Below are positions 8,302-16,795 of a stretch of DNA of 30,286 bases, piece by piece. The position numbers and the translations under genes are program-made. Origin of the DNA: a virus (Duplodnaviria > Heunggongvirae > Uroviricota > Caudoviricetes); IMG/VR virus record IMGVR_UViG_2778261087_000001, positions 1 through 30,286 of that record. One strand, given 5' to 3'. The notes under the pieces are model-generated. The model was not told the DNA's origin, searched no databases, and saw only the letters and a program-made list of their open reading frames with translations. Within the stretch, counting starts at the first letter, position 1, and the number at the start of each line of letters is the position of its first letter.

Positions 8302-8463
8302 ATGAAAAAAGCATTTGCTGCACTGTTCGTTTTGTTGTCTCTGGTAGCTTCAACTCAGGCCTTTGCCGGCCGTTGTCAGCACGACAGCGATACTGCCGCT
8401 GACGGCTCCCGCTGCGGTGGGCGTTCTGCGGATTCCCGTCCGGGCGGCGGTGGCATTCGTTAA
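8302..8463 (+). CDS. small secreted Cys/Gly-rich peptide (53-aa precursor)
   Basis: From ATG 8302: MKKAFAALFVLLSLVASTQAFA is a classic signal peptide (AFA-G cleavage), then a 31-aa Gly/Arg-rich region with two Cys; weak RBS. Confidence 0.4.
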   Translation: MKKAFAALFVLLSLVASTQAFAGRCQHDSDTAADGSRCGGRSADSRPGGGGIR

Positions 8464-8485
8464 AAACAAGGCCGCGAAAGCGGCC
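8461..8485 (-). terminator. rho-independent terminator (minus strand)
   Basis: GGCCGC-GAAA-GCGGCC hairpin (8470-8485); minus strand then reads TTGTTTTTA; lies just downstream of the 8495-8791 gene. Confidence 0.5.
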
Positions 8486-8486
8486 T

Positions 8487-8498
8487 GTGACATGTCAC
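8487..8498. repeat. 12-bp perfect palindrome GTGACATGTCAC (copy 1 of 3)
   Basis: Exact palindrome, also at 26060-26071 and 28511-28522, each at a gene or module junction. Confidence 0.6.
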
Positions 8499-8791
8499 GC
8501 TCTTTTTCTGAATGATAGCCATTCGAAAAATGATGACATTCCACCGCAGACAATAGCAAATATGATCCCACCAAAGAAGAGAAGGCCAGCCTGCCACCAC
8601 TCCCACCGCCATACATCCACAGCGCCAACCATACCAACAATCGCTCCAACAAATGGAATATAGCTCACGATGAAAGCAATGGGGGCTGCAATTATCCAGT
8701 GCAATCCCCACCATGATTCAAGCCCAGCCATAATTGCTGCCAACTGAAAAAGACCAACGACGATATAAACAATGAATCCTATAGCTTGCAT
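8495..8791 (-). CDS. hypothetical integral membrane protein
   Basis: 98 aa, very hydrophobic with Trp-rich loops, about three transmembrane helices; AGGTGA RBS. Confidence 0.55.
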   Translation of the reverse strand: MQAIGFIVYIVVGLFQLAAIMAGLESWWGLHWIIAAPIAFIVSYIPFVGAIVGMVGAVDVWRWEWWQAGLLFFGGIIFAIVCGGMSSFFEWLSFRKRA

Positions 8792-8803
8792 GTAGTCACC
8801 TAT

Positions 8804-8977
8804 TTACCCAGTAAAAATCAGAGGCCTCCCCTCAATAAGGCTTGCAACAAGAACTATTCCCTGCACAACAAAGATGAACCAGCAAATAGCTTGAGTCTGA
8901 GGGTTAAGAAAATATTTGTAGCGGTCAATAAATAACAACCCACCAGAAATTATCACACTCAAAATAATTAAAAACAC
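8804..8977 (-). CDS. hypothetical small membrane protein (57 aa)
   Basis: Below track cutoff; GTG start 4 nt after GGAAG, immediately downstream of the 824-aa gene stop; two hydrophobic helices; start uncertain. Confidence 0.3.
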   Translation of the reverse strand: MFLIILSVIISGGLLFIDRYKYFLNPQTQAICWFIFVVQGIVLVASLIEGRPLIFTG

Positions 8978-8986
8978 AACACTTCC

Positions 8987-11461
8987 TTATTGCGGAGTGA
9001 CATCCTGAGGTCGCCACCAGTATGTCTGGTTAAACTCTTTCTTCGAACGTTGCTCCATTTTACGCAAATAGCCTGGTGAAAAATACTCCTGCATCTGGTT
9101 AAAGATCATATGATCGAGAGCCGCCTTTAAGTACCAGAGATTCGCACCTGGCATCAAACCTTTCCCCAGCTTCACCAGATCACCACCAGTCTGCTCACTC
9201 TTCCCTTCCACAGCATTTAACGGTATGCCCTGAGCAATCTTCACTACGTCATCAACCAGACCAGCTACCGGGCCAAGCATCGACGCCAGCGCGCCGCTTC
9301 CGTACCTAGTGTGATCTGACAATAAAAAGTCACCGTAAAGGCCAAGACCACCACCTTTCAGTAGAGCACCAAGCCAGAATTTTGCGGCATCTTCTCCTGT
9401 CATATCTCGAGGATTACGACCAGACGCAAGGTCGTTAAGTTGCTGCGACAAAGCGCCAAGAATGGTCGTACTGGCAATAAACGTCGCAATATATGCCGCA
9501 CGCCCACCAGCAGACGGCATCCCCATAGCGCGTGACCAGTGACGCATAACCACCGAGATAGGGAACGATTTAAACAGGAAAACACTTCTCGTTAATTCAC
9601 CTTTCCATGTTCCACGCTGAATACCAGAACCGGTTATCAGTTGCTCACGTGCTCCCGGTGTAATAACAGCCATATCAACTTCTTCAGTTACAGCACCGAG
9701 CAGTTTACGCATTGCCTCAAATTTCACGCGTTCAGGCTCACCAATATGTTTAACTGCTGAATCAGGGATACGCATAATGCTTTCCGGTGTCAGCATCGTA
9801 TTATTACCGTTCCCCCAGTCCTCCTGTTGCGCCAGCTTCCATACGCTCCAGTCTGTGTCAGTAATCCCTTTGCTTTTCAGGATACGAAAATCAGAGTCAT
9901 CGAGGCTACGAAGGTCTGGTGTCCGTGACACTACTTCTCCCAGGCTTCCCATCATAGTTACGCCATAGGCGCGCTTGTGCGCATCTGACCATGCTGTAAG
10001 CCCACTGGCACGCATTACCGCAGTTGCCGCCCAACGAGACACAGACGGCCCCATATTATCCATCGCCCAGCGGTTAACGCTGCCAAGTAGAGATTCCATC
10101 GCCAGACCAGCTCGGCGCGCCCGCGCAAGCTCAGTACGGTTCGTTGGGTCCATAGCTTCAAGCTGGTTGCGGAATAACTGGTTCATTGGAAGGTTGGTAA
10201 CCTTCGCAGACAGATACATGGTTCCAAGATCAGAGAACGATGACAGCAACGCGGATCCGAGTCTGCTGGCAACCAGCCAGTTGCGGATATTGTCAGACCA
10301 TCGCGCGATGTGCGGATTCGCTACAGGCTGTGTCTTTCCGGAAATAAAGTTGTACAGATTCTCTGTGTTGTTCGCCAGCCGCTCGACTTTACCGGTTTTA
10401 CTCGGGTTAGCTGTTGCCGTTTCTGCCTTCACCTGATCAAGAAGAGAGCGGAAAACATGATCGGGGTTTGGGCCATATGTTTCCACCAATGCAATATCTT
10501 TACTGATACCTTCAAGGTGACCGACCATGATTTCCCATAGAGAGCGATCGCCATAAAGTTGCTGATATTGCAGATAGGAATCTGCATCTTTGAAATGTAT
10601 CTGTCGTGATGCATTACCACGGTTAGCACGTGCGCCGGAAATTCGCATTCCGGTATCAGTAAGCTTATTCAGCCCACCAGTAGCGATCGTGTTATAAGCC
10701 TCTCCAAGAAATGCAGACAACTCGGCATCGTTCATCAGTTGTCCATCGGCTCGGGTATAATATTTGCGATCCAGCTTACCTATAACATCGCTAACCCATT
10801 TATCTTTTGATACCGCCCCAACCTTTTCCATAGAATGATGTTGAGGGATCCCCCAGTTTTCGAGATAGCCAATGTCCCCACCAGCATCATTAAACCGGCG
10901 GCGCAGCAGCTCTGTAACTTCTCTCCACGCCTTAGCACCTTTTCTTGCTTTAGCATTGCCAGTATTTTGCCCCCGCATTTCATATATCAGGTCACGTACG
11001 CCCGCTTCATCTTCAAACAGACCAAAAAAGCGAGGATCAACTGCTTCGAATGCCTCCTGCAATTGACTCAATGCATAATCACGGGTGGCTTTTGTTCTGG
11101 ATTCAACAGAGAGGAAATTCGATTTACCGTCTGCATTAAAAGCAATAGTACGGTTAAGAGCGCCAAGTTTCCCATCAGCCCCTTGATAGCTATTGATAAA
11201 TTTATCCAATCTCTGACGTGCGGCTATAGTGAGGGCCACACGACGTTTCTTTAATGCCGCTTCTCGCTGTAATTCTTCAGATGCCAATTGTGCTGCACGA
11301 TACAACCGTTCTGATTCGGAAAGTTGTCGCCACGACATCGGGTCATCACGAGCAATGGAGCGCATATTTCGATAAATGCGGTCTTCAATGTTCTGTATTT
11401 CTCGCGCCGTTAACGTGCGCTGCGCCGCCTGCTGGACCGCTTGTATACATTCCTGTCTCAT
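8987..11461 (-). CDS. internal virion / ejection protein (large, 824 aa)
   Basis: Third of three consecutive very large proteins between the tail tube genes and the tail fiber, the position of T7 gp15/gp16-like core proteins; hydrophobic Gly-rich C-terminal segment. Confidence 0.6.
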   Translation of the reverse strand: MRQECIQAVQQAAQRTLTAREIQNIEDRIYRNMRSIARDDPMSWRQLSESERLYRAAQLASEELQREAALKKRRVALTIAARQRLDKFINSYQGADGKLGALNRTIAFNADGKSNFLSVESRTKATRDYALSQLQEAFEAVDPRFFGLFEDEAGVRDLIYEMRGQNTGNAKARKGAKAWREVTELLRRRFNDAGGDIGYLENWGIPQHHSMEKVGAVSKDKWVSDVIGKLDRKYYTRADGQLMNDAELSAFLGEAYNTIATGGLNKLTDTGMRISGARANRGNASRQIHFKDADSYLQYQQLYGDRSLWEIMVGHLEGISKDIALVETYGPNPDHVFRSLLDQVKAETATANPSKTGKVERLANNTENLYNFISGKTQPVANPHIARWSDNIRNWLVASRLGSALLSSFSDLGTMYLSAKVTNLPMNQLFRNQLEAMDPTNRTELARARRAGLAMESLLGSVNRWAMDNMGPSVSRWAATAVMRASGLTAWSDAHKRAYGVTMMGSLGEVVSRTPDLRSLDDSDFRILKSKGITDTDWSVWKLAQQEDWGNGNNTMLTPESIMRIPDSAVKHIGEPERVKFEAMRKLLGAVTEEVDMAVITPGAREQLITGSGIQRGTWKGELTRSVFLFKSFPISVVMRHWSRAMGMPSAGGRAAYIATFIASTTILGALSQQLNDLASGRNPRDMTGEDAAKFWLGALLKGGGLGLYGDFLLSDHTRYGSGALASMLGPVAGLVDDVVKIAQGIPLNAVEGKSEQTGGDLVKLGKGLMPGANLWYLKAALDHMIFNQMQEYFSPGYLRKMEQRSKKEFNQTYWWRPQDVTPQ

Positions 11462-11466
11462 TTAAT

Positions 11467-13269
11467 TTAACCTCTCAAGAAACACGCCACAGCAACATCA
11501 AACAGGCTGGAATCCTGTATTGCCTGCTCACTTTCCCTGTTCGCTTCATCCAGTACTTCACGCGCACTGCGCGATTGTGGATTACCATCATCATCCAGCA
11601 CGGTGATTATCATGTCAGGTGATTCAAGCAGCGAGTCTTCAGCTATGCGCAGATCAATATCTCCTGCCTGATCTGACATCATTTTTTGTTCTGCCTGTTG
11701 CAATATTTTATCAGGCTCAAAAGGAGCTACTTCGTCTGGCGTCCTGACCTCTGCTGTTTTATAGAATGAAACAGCCTGAGCATTAAGTTCACTTTCTGCC
11801 TGCTGTCTCCGAGCCAGTTCTGCTCGAGCTTCAAAAAACTGACCGCCAGGCTCGTGCGGTGCCAACGCGTTACGGGAAAATTCCAGGCGTTCTTGTGCCT
11901 GCCGGATTCGTTGATCAATATCGCGAAGTCTGGCCTGTTTATCTGATCGAGCACGAGACAAAGCTTTACCGCTACCGGTTGGCTCTTCTGCAAGAATTTG
12001 TGCACGCTGTTCAGTGAGATTTTCAATAATTCGTTGGCTATTAGCGATTTCAGACTGGTAAACCTGTCTATCTCCACGCGGCAAAAGATGCGCGGCCTGT
12101 TCTTCAAGCAACCGATTTTCTATAGCGCGCGCCGTTACTCCATCATCTACAGATGACAGAGCCTCATTAACTGCCTGAGACAGCAGACTCTTGCGCCCAG
12201 GAATTTCACTGAAAGATGCAGACTCAACAATGCTGGCAACGTCTACAGGTCTCCCCTGGCTAACATCAGACATAGCTTTTCGCAGAGCCTGAATGTGAGA
12301 ATTGCGCGAAAGCACGTTGATCGGCACGCCGGGCGCAATATCAATTTCAGCATGATGAGCGGCATTCGCCGCCAGTGCAGCATCGATATCAACTGGTGAA
12401 AAATTTGGTGCGTTTGTAGACTCGCCGCGAGAGTTAATAAATCTGCCGACACCACCAAACGCCACCCCAAGAACAGCATCAATAGCAATTGCCTGTCGAT
12501 CCAACACATCATACTGGTTAGCCATTTCGCTATAGCCACCATCACGAAGTGTTTTTGCAGTAAGCCCACGCTGTGCCATACCGAACGCAATATTTGTACC
12601 TGCGGCATAGGCAATATCTGGCGTTGCACGTACTGCTGTTGCTGCGGCGCGTCGCACTGAACTCTCACCCGTCCGCGCAAGCTGAGCCGCCACACCTTCC
12701 GCCAGCGCACCACCAGCACGTAACCCGAGGCTCATAGGGATCAGCGTTCCGGCACCAGCAGTAATGCCCTGCACTAATCCCGCTTCCTGCGCCGTCCTGA
12801 AATCAACACCCTGTGCTGTCAGCCGTTCAAACTCAGAAAAACCCTGTAGCGAAGTTACCGCCGCTGCACCTCCGACAGGACCACCGAGCGTTGTACCGAC
12901 AACAGCCTGCCCGCCCATATCGAACAACCCATAAAGAACCTGCCCAGCGGTTCCGGTTGTCGCGGCATCAGGCGTCAGCCGCTTAACCTGCTGCTCTGCT
13001 AGTTTTCTCTGCTCGGCAATGTATGAAACTGAAGTATCATTGAGCGAGGTGTTTTCGTTAACAAACTGAGCAATCGGGGATACGATTTTATCCATCCCTG
13101 CCCATAGCAACTGATCTGGCTTTGCCACCAGCCCGGAGTACAAACCAGACAATGCCGCTCCTACAGCATTGTCGAAAAAACCAACATCGCTGTTAAAGCC
13201 AGCTGGATTTGATGCTGCTTCGTCAAGCTGCTGATTCTGGTTTACTGGATTAAGGCCAAAGTAACTCAT
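11467..13269 (-). CDS. internal virion / ejection protein (600 aa)
   Basis: Gly/Ala-rich N-terminal half and charged coiled-coil C-terminal half; translationally coupled to flanking core genes. Confidence 0.55.
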   Translation of the reverse strand: MSYFGLNPVNQNQQLDEAASNPAGFNSDVGFFDNAVGAALSGLYSGLVAKPDQLLWAGMDKIVSPIAQFVNENTSLNDTSVSYIAEQRKLAEQQVKRLTPDAATTGTAGQVLYGLFDMGGQAVVGTTLGGPVGGAAAVTSLQGFSEFERLTAQGVDFRTAQEAGLVQGITAGAGTLIPMSLGLRAGGALAEGVAAQLARTGESSVRRAAATAVRATPDIAYAAGTNIAFGMAQRGLTAKTLRDGGYSEMANQYDVLDRQAIAIDAVLGVAFGGVGRFINSRGESTNAPNFSPVDIDAALAANAAHHAEIDIAPGVPINVLSRNSHIQALRKAMSDVSQGRPVDVASIVESASFSEIPGRKSLLSQAVNEALSSVDDGVTARAIENRLLEEQAAHLLPRGDRQVYQSEIANSQRIIENLTEQRAQILAEEPTGSGKALSRARSDKQARLRDIDQRIRQAQERLEFSRNALAPHEPGGQFFEARAELARRQQAESELNAQAVSFYKTAEVRTPDEVAPFEPDKILQQAEQKMMSDQAGDIDLRIAEDSLLESPDMIITVLDDDGNPQSRSAREVLDEANRESEQAIQDSSLFDVAVACFLRG

Positions 13270-15779
13270 TGCGGAATATCTCCGGAGAATCTCTGACGCT
13301 TCTGTGTCAGATTAAGAACAACGGGAGAACCATCATCTTTCAGCAGATAACCAGTACCAAGTTTCACCAGGTACTGACTATCGCCGTAACTTTGCAAACC
13401 ATACTGACCAGGCGGTGTTTTTATCCCAGAGCCGACAACTTGTTCATTCCAAGCCTGATTAACCTGCTTATCGAATTGCTCTGCAGACATTCCCCACGGC
13501 AAAAGGACATTCCCCATTCCGTTATAGTCATGCACGCCACCTGTAGCTACGTTAACAGCCTGTTTCCAGACATCATTGTCAATTTCGCCTGATACCACGC
13601 CTTTTTTCGCCATCACACCAGCGTAATAATCCTTTGCGATCTCGTATGCCATTGATGCCCCCTGAGCGTCACCAGCAAATGCATCCTTCACCATGTCAGA
13701 AAACTCAAGGCGAAGATCAGCATCTTTAGGCATCGGAATACCTTTCGCATCATCAGTACCTTTACGAGCCGCCGCGCCAGCAAGAATTGTCTGCGCAGCG
13801 GTTTCAGGAGACACGGAAACATCCGGATTAAACCAGTTTTTTTCTGCCAAAATACCACCAGGCTTATCCATCAGTATCCCGGCAACGGCAGCAGATGGAG
13901 CGTTGGCACTGATCTGCTGTAGTGCTGACATATACACCTGCCCACCACCAGTGCTCTGCCTGATGGTATCGAGATATGCTGCCTGTTGGGAAACGGGCGC
14001 ATCACGAAAGAAAACACCGATCTGATTGGCCTCGTCTTTGGAAAAGAACGTCAGTGGAGTGCCATATGACTTAGCAAGGTCACTGACCTGAGCGGCACGC
14101 AAGGCAACGCTCTGTCCAAAGTTATCCTTATTGCTCATGTCGATAGGCTTTGCCTGTCCGGAGGCAAGAGAGAACTGCACAGGATCCGACTGCCGCTGCT
14201 TTATCACCTGATTTGCAGCCGAAACAACGTTGTCATAAAGAGCTGCACGAGACGCATAACCCTCCCCTGTCTCACCAGTATCCGGACGTAATTGCTCAAC
14301 ATATGCGGTAATGCTGCTTGTCGGCATGTTGCGGAAAGAGCCTATATACTGTCCGGCGATCTGCGTATTTCTGAACTCGGTATATCGCAGGTTTCCTTCT
14401 CTGACGCCATAAGCTGCAATAAAATCAGCCTCACCAGGTGGATTAGGAAATTCAACGCCACGCATATACGCAGCCGTCGCATCGCGAACCTGGCTGTCAA
14501 TCATCGTTTTATATTCAGCCTGCTGCTGCCGACGCAGTTGATCCGCCTGTCGCATAAAACTTGCCTGCGCCTCAGGAGATGCCGCATCGAATGCTGCATT
14601 ACCGGTATAGCGTTTGGTGTTGGTTGGAATTGTTGATAAACCAAGTGCTGCACTGACACCAGCAGTTAACTGCTGATCACTGTATGGCTGGCTACCGTTC
14701 TCATGATGGATAATGGCTGCACAAAGCGCCTTCAGGGTATCAGGATTAGATGCATCGAGAGGATCATCAGCAGAAACGCCAAGTTGTTCGCACACTGCTT
14801 TGATATACGACATAGTATCATTTTTATCAGTAGGCGGTGCCCAGCGATTAATTATCTCGCTGACGGTATCAATACCCTGCCGCTGATACGACATCAGGTT
14901 TCGCCCTAATGCACGAATCCCGTGTTCAGGTGTTTCGAATTTAGCAAATCGACCATCATCACCGGTCTGGCCTACCCACGGATTAGTTTTGCTGTATTCG
15001 AGATTTCCTGGGTTATTGTTGCGTATGCCACGGGCACGCTCGGAAGAGTCACTATCTGCTACAGCACGGCGAGCTCCAGCAGCAGTATCACTTAACTCGC
15101 CATTACTTTGGATGAATGCGGTCGCATTGTTTGCCGACCACTGGGACAATGCGGCATCAGCAACCTTCTCTTTAAACTCGATTTTCTTGGCCTGGATTTG
15201 CTCGTCGCTCCAGCCATGCGCAATGCCGTAATCCTCAATTTGCTGGAAAGTTTGCTTATTAGCCAATACGTATGCGGCGTTGTCGCCATACAATGCTGCG
15301 GCATTTTTACCATTGTTCAGCAGCGTCGCCTGAAACTGGCCTTCTTCGTAGGCATTTATTTGCCCTATCTCGTGCCGCCCGGCCTGCGTAGTGAACTGAA
15401 TGCGCTGCTGCTGCGCCTGCTGCATGAAAGCATTACGAGCCTGTTCATCCGGCAGCGACATAGCCAGTTGCTCGACCTGGGCATCAAACTGCTGCGTATA
15501 CTCCTGACCTTTTCCAATAGCATTTTTCCCTTTCAGGTTAAGCAAACCTGTTTCAGGGTTATTCAGCAGATCGCTGCTTATCTGGCTTAAGCTAAGAGAA
15601 GCATCCTGAGCCATAGCAACATTCGCACGCTGTTTTGCCTGCGCAATAATACCTGCATATTGCTCTGCAACATCGCCAAGTACATCACCGACATTTGGTG
15701 TCTGAAACGATGAGAATCCCTGCGTCGAAATCCCTCTGCTCTGAACCTGACGGCCCGATGTTGTTGGTACAACTGGCAT
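13266..15779 (-). CDS. internal virion / ejection protein (837 aa)
   Basis: Large Gln/Ala-rich protein in the core-protein block; 4-nt overlap with the next gene. Confidence 0.55.
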   Translation of the reverse strand: MPVVPTTSGRQVQSRGISTQGFSSFQTPNVGDVLGDVAEQYAGIIAQAKQRANVAMAQDASLSLSQISSDLLNNPETGLLNLKGKNAIGKGQEYTQQFDAQVEQLAMSLPDEQARNAFMQQAQQQRIQFTTQAGRHEIGQINAYEEGQFQATLLNNGKNAAALYGDNAAYVLANKQTFQQIEDYGIAHGWSDEQIQAKKIEFKEKVADAALSQWSANNATAFIQSNGELSDTAAGARRAVADSDSSERARGIRNNNPGNLEYSKTNPWVGQTGDDGRFAKFETPEHGIRALGRNLMSYQRQGIDTVSEIINRWAPPTDKNDTMSYIKAVCEQLGVSADDPLDASNPDTLKALCAAIIHHENGSQPYSDQQLTAGVSAALGLSTIPTNTKRYTGNAAFDAASPEAQASFMRQADQLRRQQQAEYKTMIDSQVRDATAAYMRGVEFPNPPGEADFIAAYGVREGNLRYTEFRNTQIAGQYIGSFRNMPTSSITAYVEQLRPDTGETGEGYASRAALYDNVVSAANQVIKQRQSDPVQFSLASGQAKPIDMSNKDNFGQSVALRAAQVSDLAKSYGTPLTFFSKDEANQIGVFFRDAPVSQQAAYLDTIRQSTGGGQVYMSALQQISANAPSAAVAGILMDKPGGILAEKNWFNPDVSVSPETAAQTILAGAAARKGTDDAKGIPMPKDADLRLEFSDMVKDAFAGDAQGASMAYEIAKDYYAGVMAKKGVVSGEIDNDVWKQAVNVATGGVHDYNGMGNVLLPWGMSAEQFDKQVNQAWNEQVVGSGIKTPPGQYGLQSYGDSQYLVKLGTGYLLKDDGSPVVLNLTQKRQRFSGDIPQ

Positions 15780-15791
15780 CTTATTATCCCC

Positions 15792-16331
15792 TTATCGACC
15801 GGTTGGAGTGCCAACAGCAGCAGAAATCGGCGCAGCCTTCTGAGAGAATGGGCTCCACGTTCCTCCGCCCATCTGGTATGCACCGTATGCTTTTAGTGGT
15901 GCCGTTAACAAAGTGCTGGTCATCGATGATTTAGCAGCCGACTGAGCAGCATCCCCCTGTGCCTGAGCATTCATTCCCTGAACCTGATACCCATATGCCT
16001 CACGCTGAGCATTATTCACTGTCGTTAACGCATCAAGAGTGCCGAACTGAGCATTATCCGCAAAAACGTCAAGAGCTGTTCCGCTACTTAATTCCGCACC
16101 GGTAGCCCCCATAGTGGCCGCCGCAGTACCTGAGCGTTGACGCATTTCACGACGACGCTGATCCGCTTCAATATTCCCACGATTGATTGAATCCTGTGCC
16201 TGAGCTTCAGCAATTTCAGCATTCCGATCAGCTATGGCTGACTGGTATTTTGCCTGCTTGCTCTGGCTGTACATTGACGCGGCTGTGGATGCCACTGTGA
16301 CGGCAACCAAAGCGATGGCTGGGTTACACAT
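15792..16331 (-). CDS. internal virion protein with N-terminal membrane anchor (T7 gp14-like position)
   Basis: 179 aa; N-terminal hydrophobic helix, Ala/Gln-rich body; sits between the gp13-position and large core genes. Confidence 0.5.
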   Translation of the reverse strand: MCNPAIALVAVTVASTAASMYSQSKQAKYQSAIADRNAEIAEAQAQDSINRGNIEADQRRREMRQRSGTAAATMGATGAELSSGTALDVFADNAQFGTLDALTTVNNAQREAYGYQVQGMNAQAQGDAAQSAAKSSMTSTLLTAPLKAYGAYQMGGGTWSPFSQKAAPISAAVGTPTGR

Positions 16332-16795
16332 TATTTTCTCTCCATGTGAAATCTGTGGAAATTAAGACCAAGAGCACCATAAGGCGCGGCTTCTTCAAGC
16401 CTGAATCCAAGCCAGTGCAGCCATGCTTTGGCAACATGGTTTCGCTCGTCGACGTAGTTTTCCAGGCGCGGATAAACTGCCAGCATCTGCTGCAATACAG
16501 GGCGGCAGTGGCGCAGAAATGTCTTCTGATATTTTTCAATACGGCTGGTTCCGACCAGCCAGGGCGTACCATTGCCACCGATCATTGACGCCGGAGATAC
16601 GCCAAACATGGTTACCAGTTCTCCGTTCGCAAATCCTGACCAGGCCATAGTCGCAGTACGCAGACCAACGCGCAGCGCATCTTCGGTAGTCATCAGCGAT
16701 ACCGCATACAGTTCGTCAATATCAGCCTGACGAACATCCGGCAAAATCATCTGAAGATGCTCTTCGGTAGCGGGAACAATTTGAACATCGATCAT
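16331..16795 (-). CDS. virion assembly / internal protein (T7 gp13-like position)
   Basis: 154 aa; ATGA overlap with the upstream tail tubular B-like gene; assignment is by position. Confidence 0.45.
   Translation of the reverse strand: MIDVQIVPATEEHLQMILPDVRQADIDELYAVSLMTTEDALRVGLRTATMAWSGFANGELVTMFGVSPASMIGGNGTPWLVGTSRIEKYQKTFLRHCRPVLQQMLAVYPRLENYVDERNHVAKAWLHWLGFRLEEAAPYGALGLNFHRFHMERK

Noticed and set aside
8487-8498. Palindrome as a CRP binding site
   Set aside because: TGTGA and TCACA halves are separated by 4 bp, not the 6 bp of the CRP consensus
13266-15779. Possible peptidoglycan-hydrolase domain (NNPGNL ... ETPEHG segment) in the 837-aa internal virion protein
   Set aside because: I could not match it confidently to a defined hydrolase family from memory; needs a profile search
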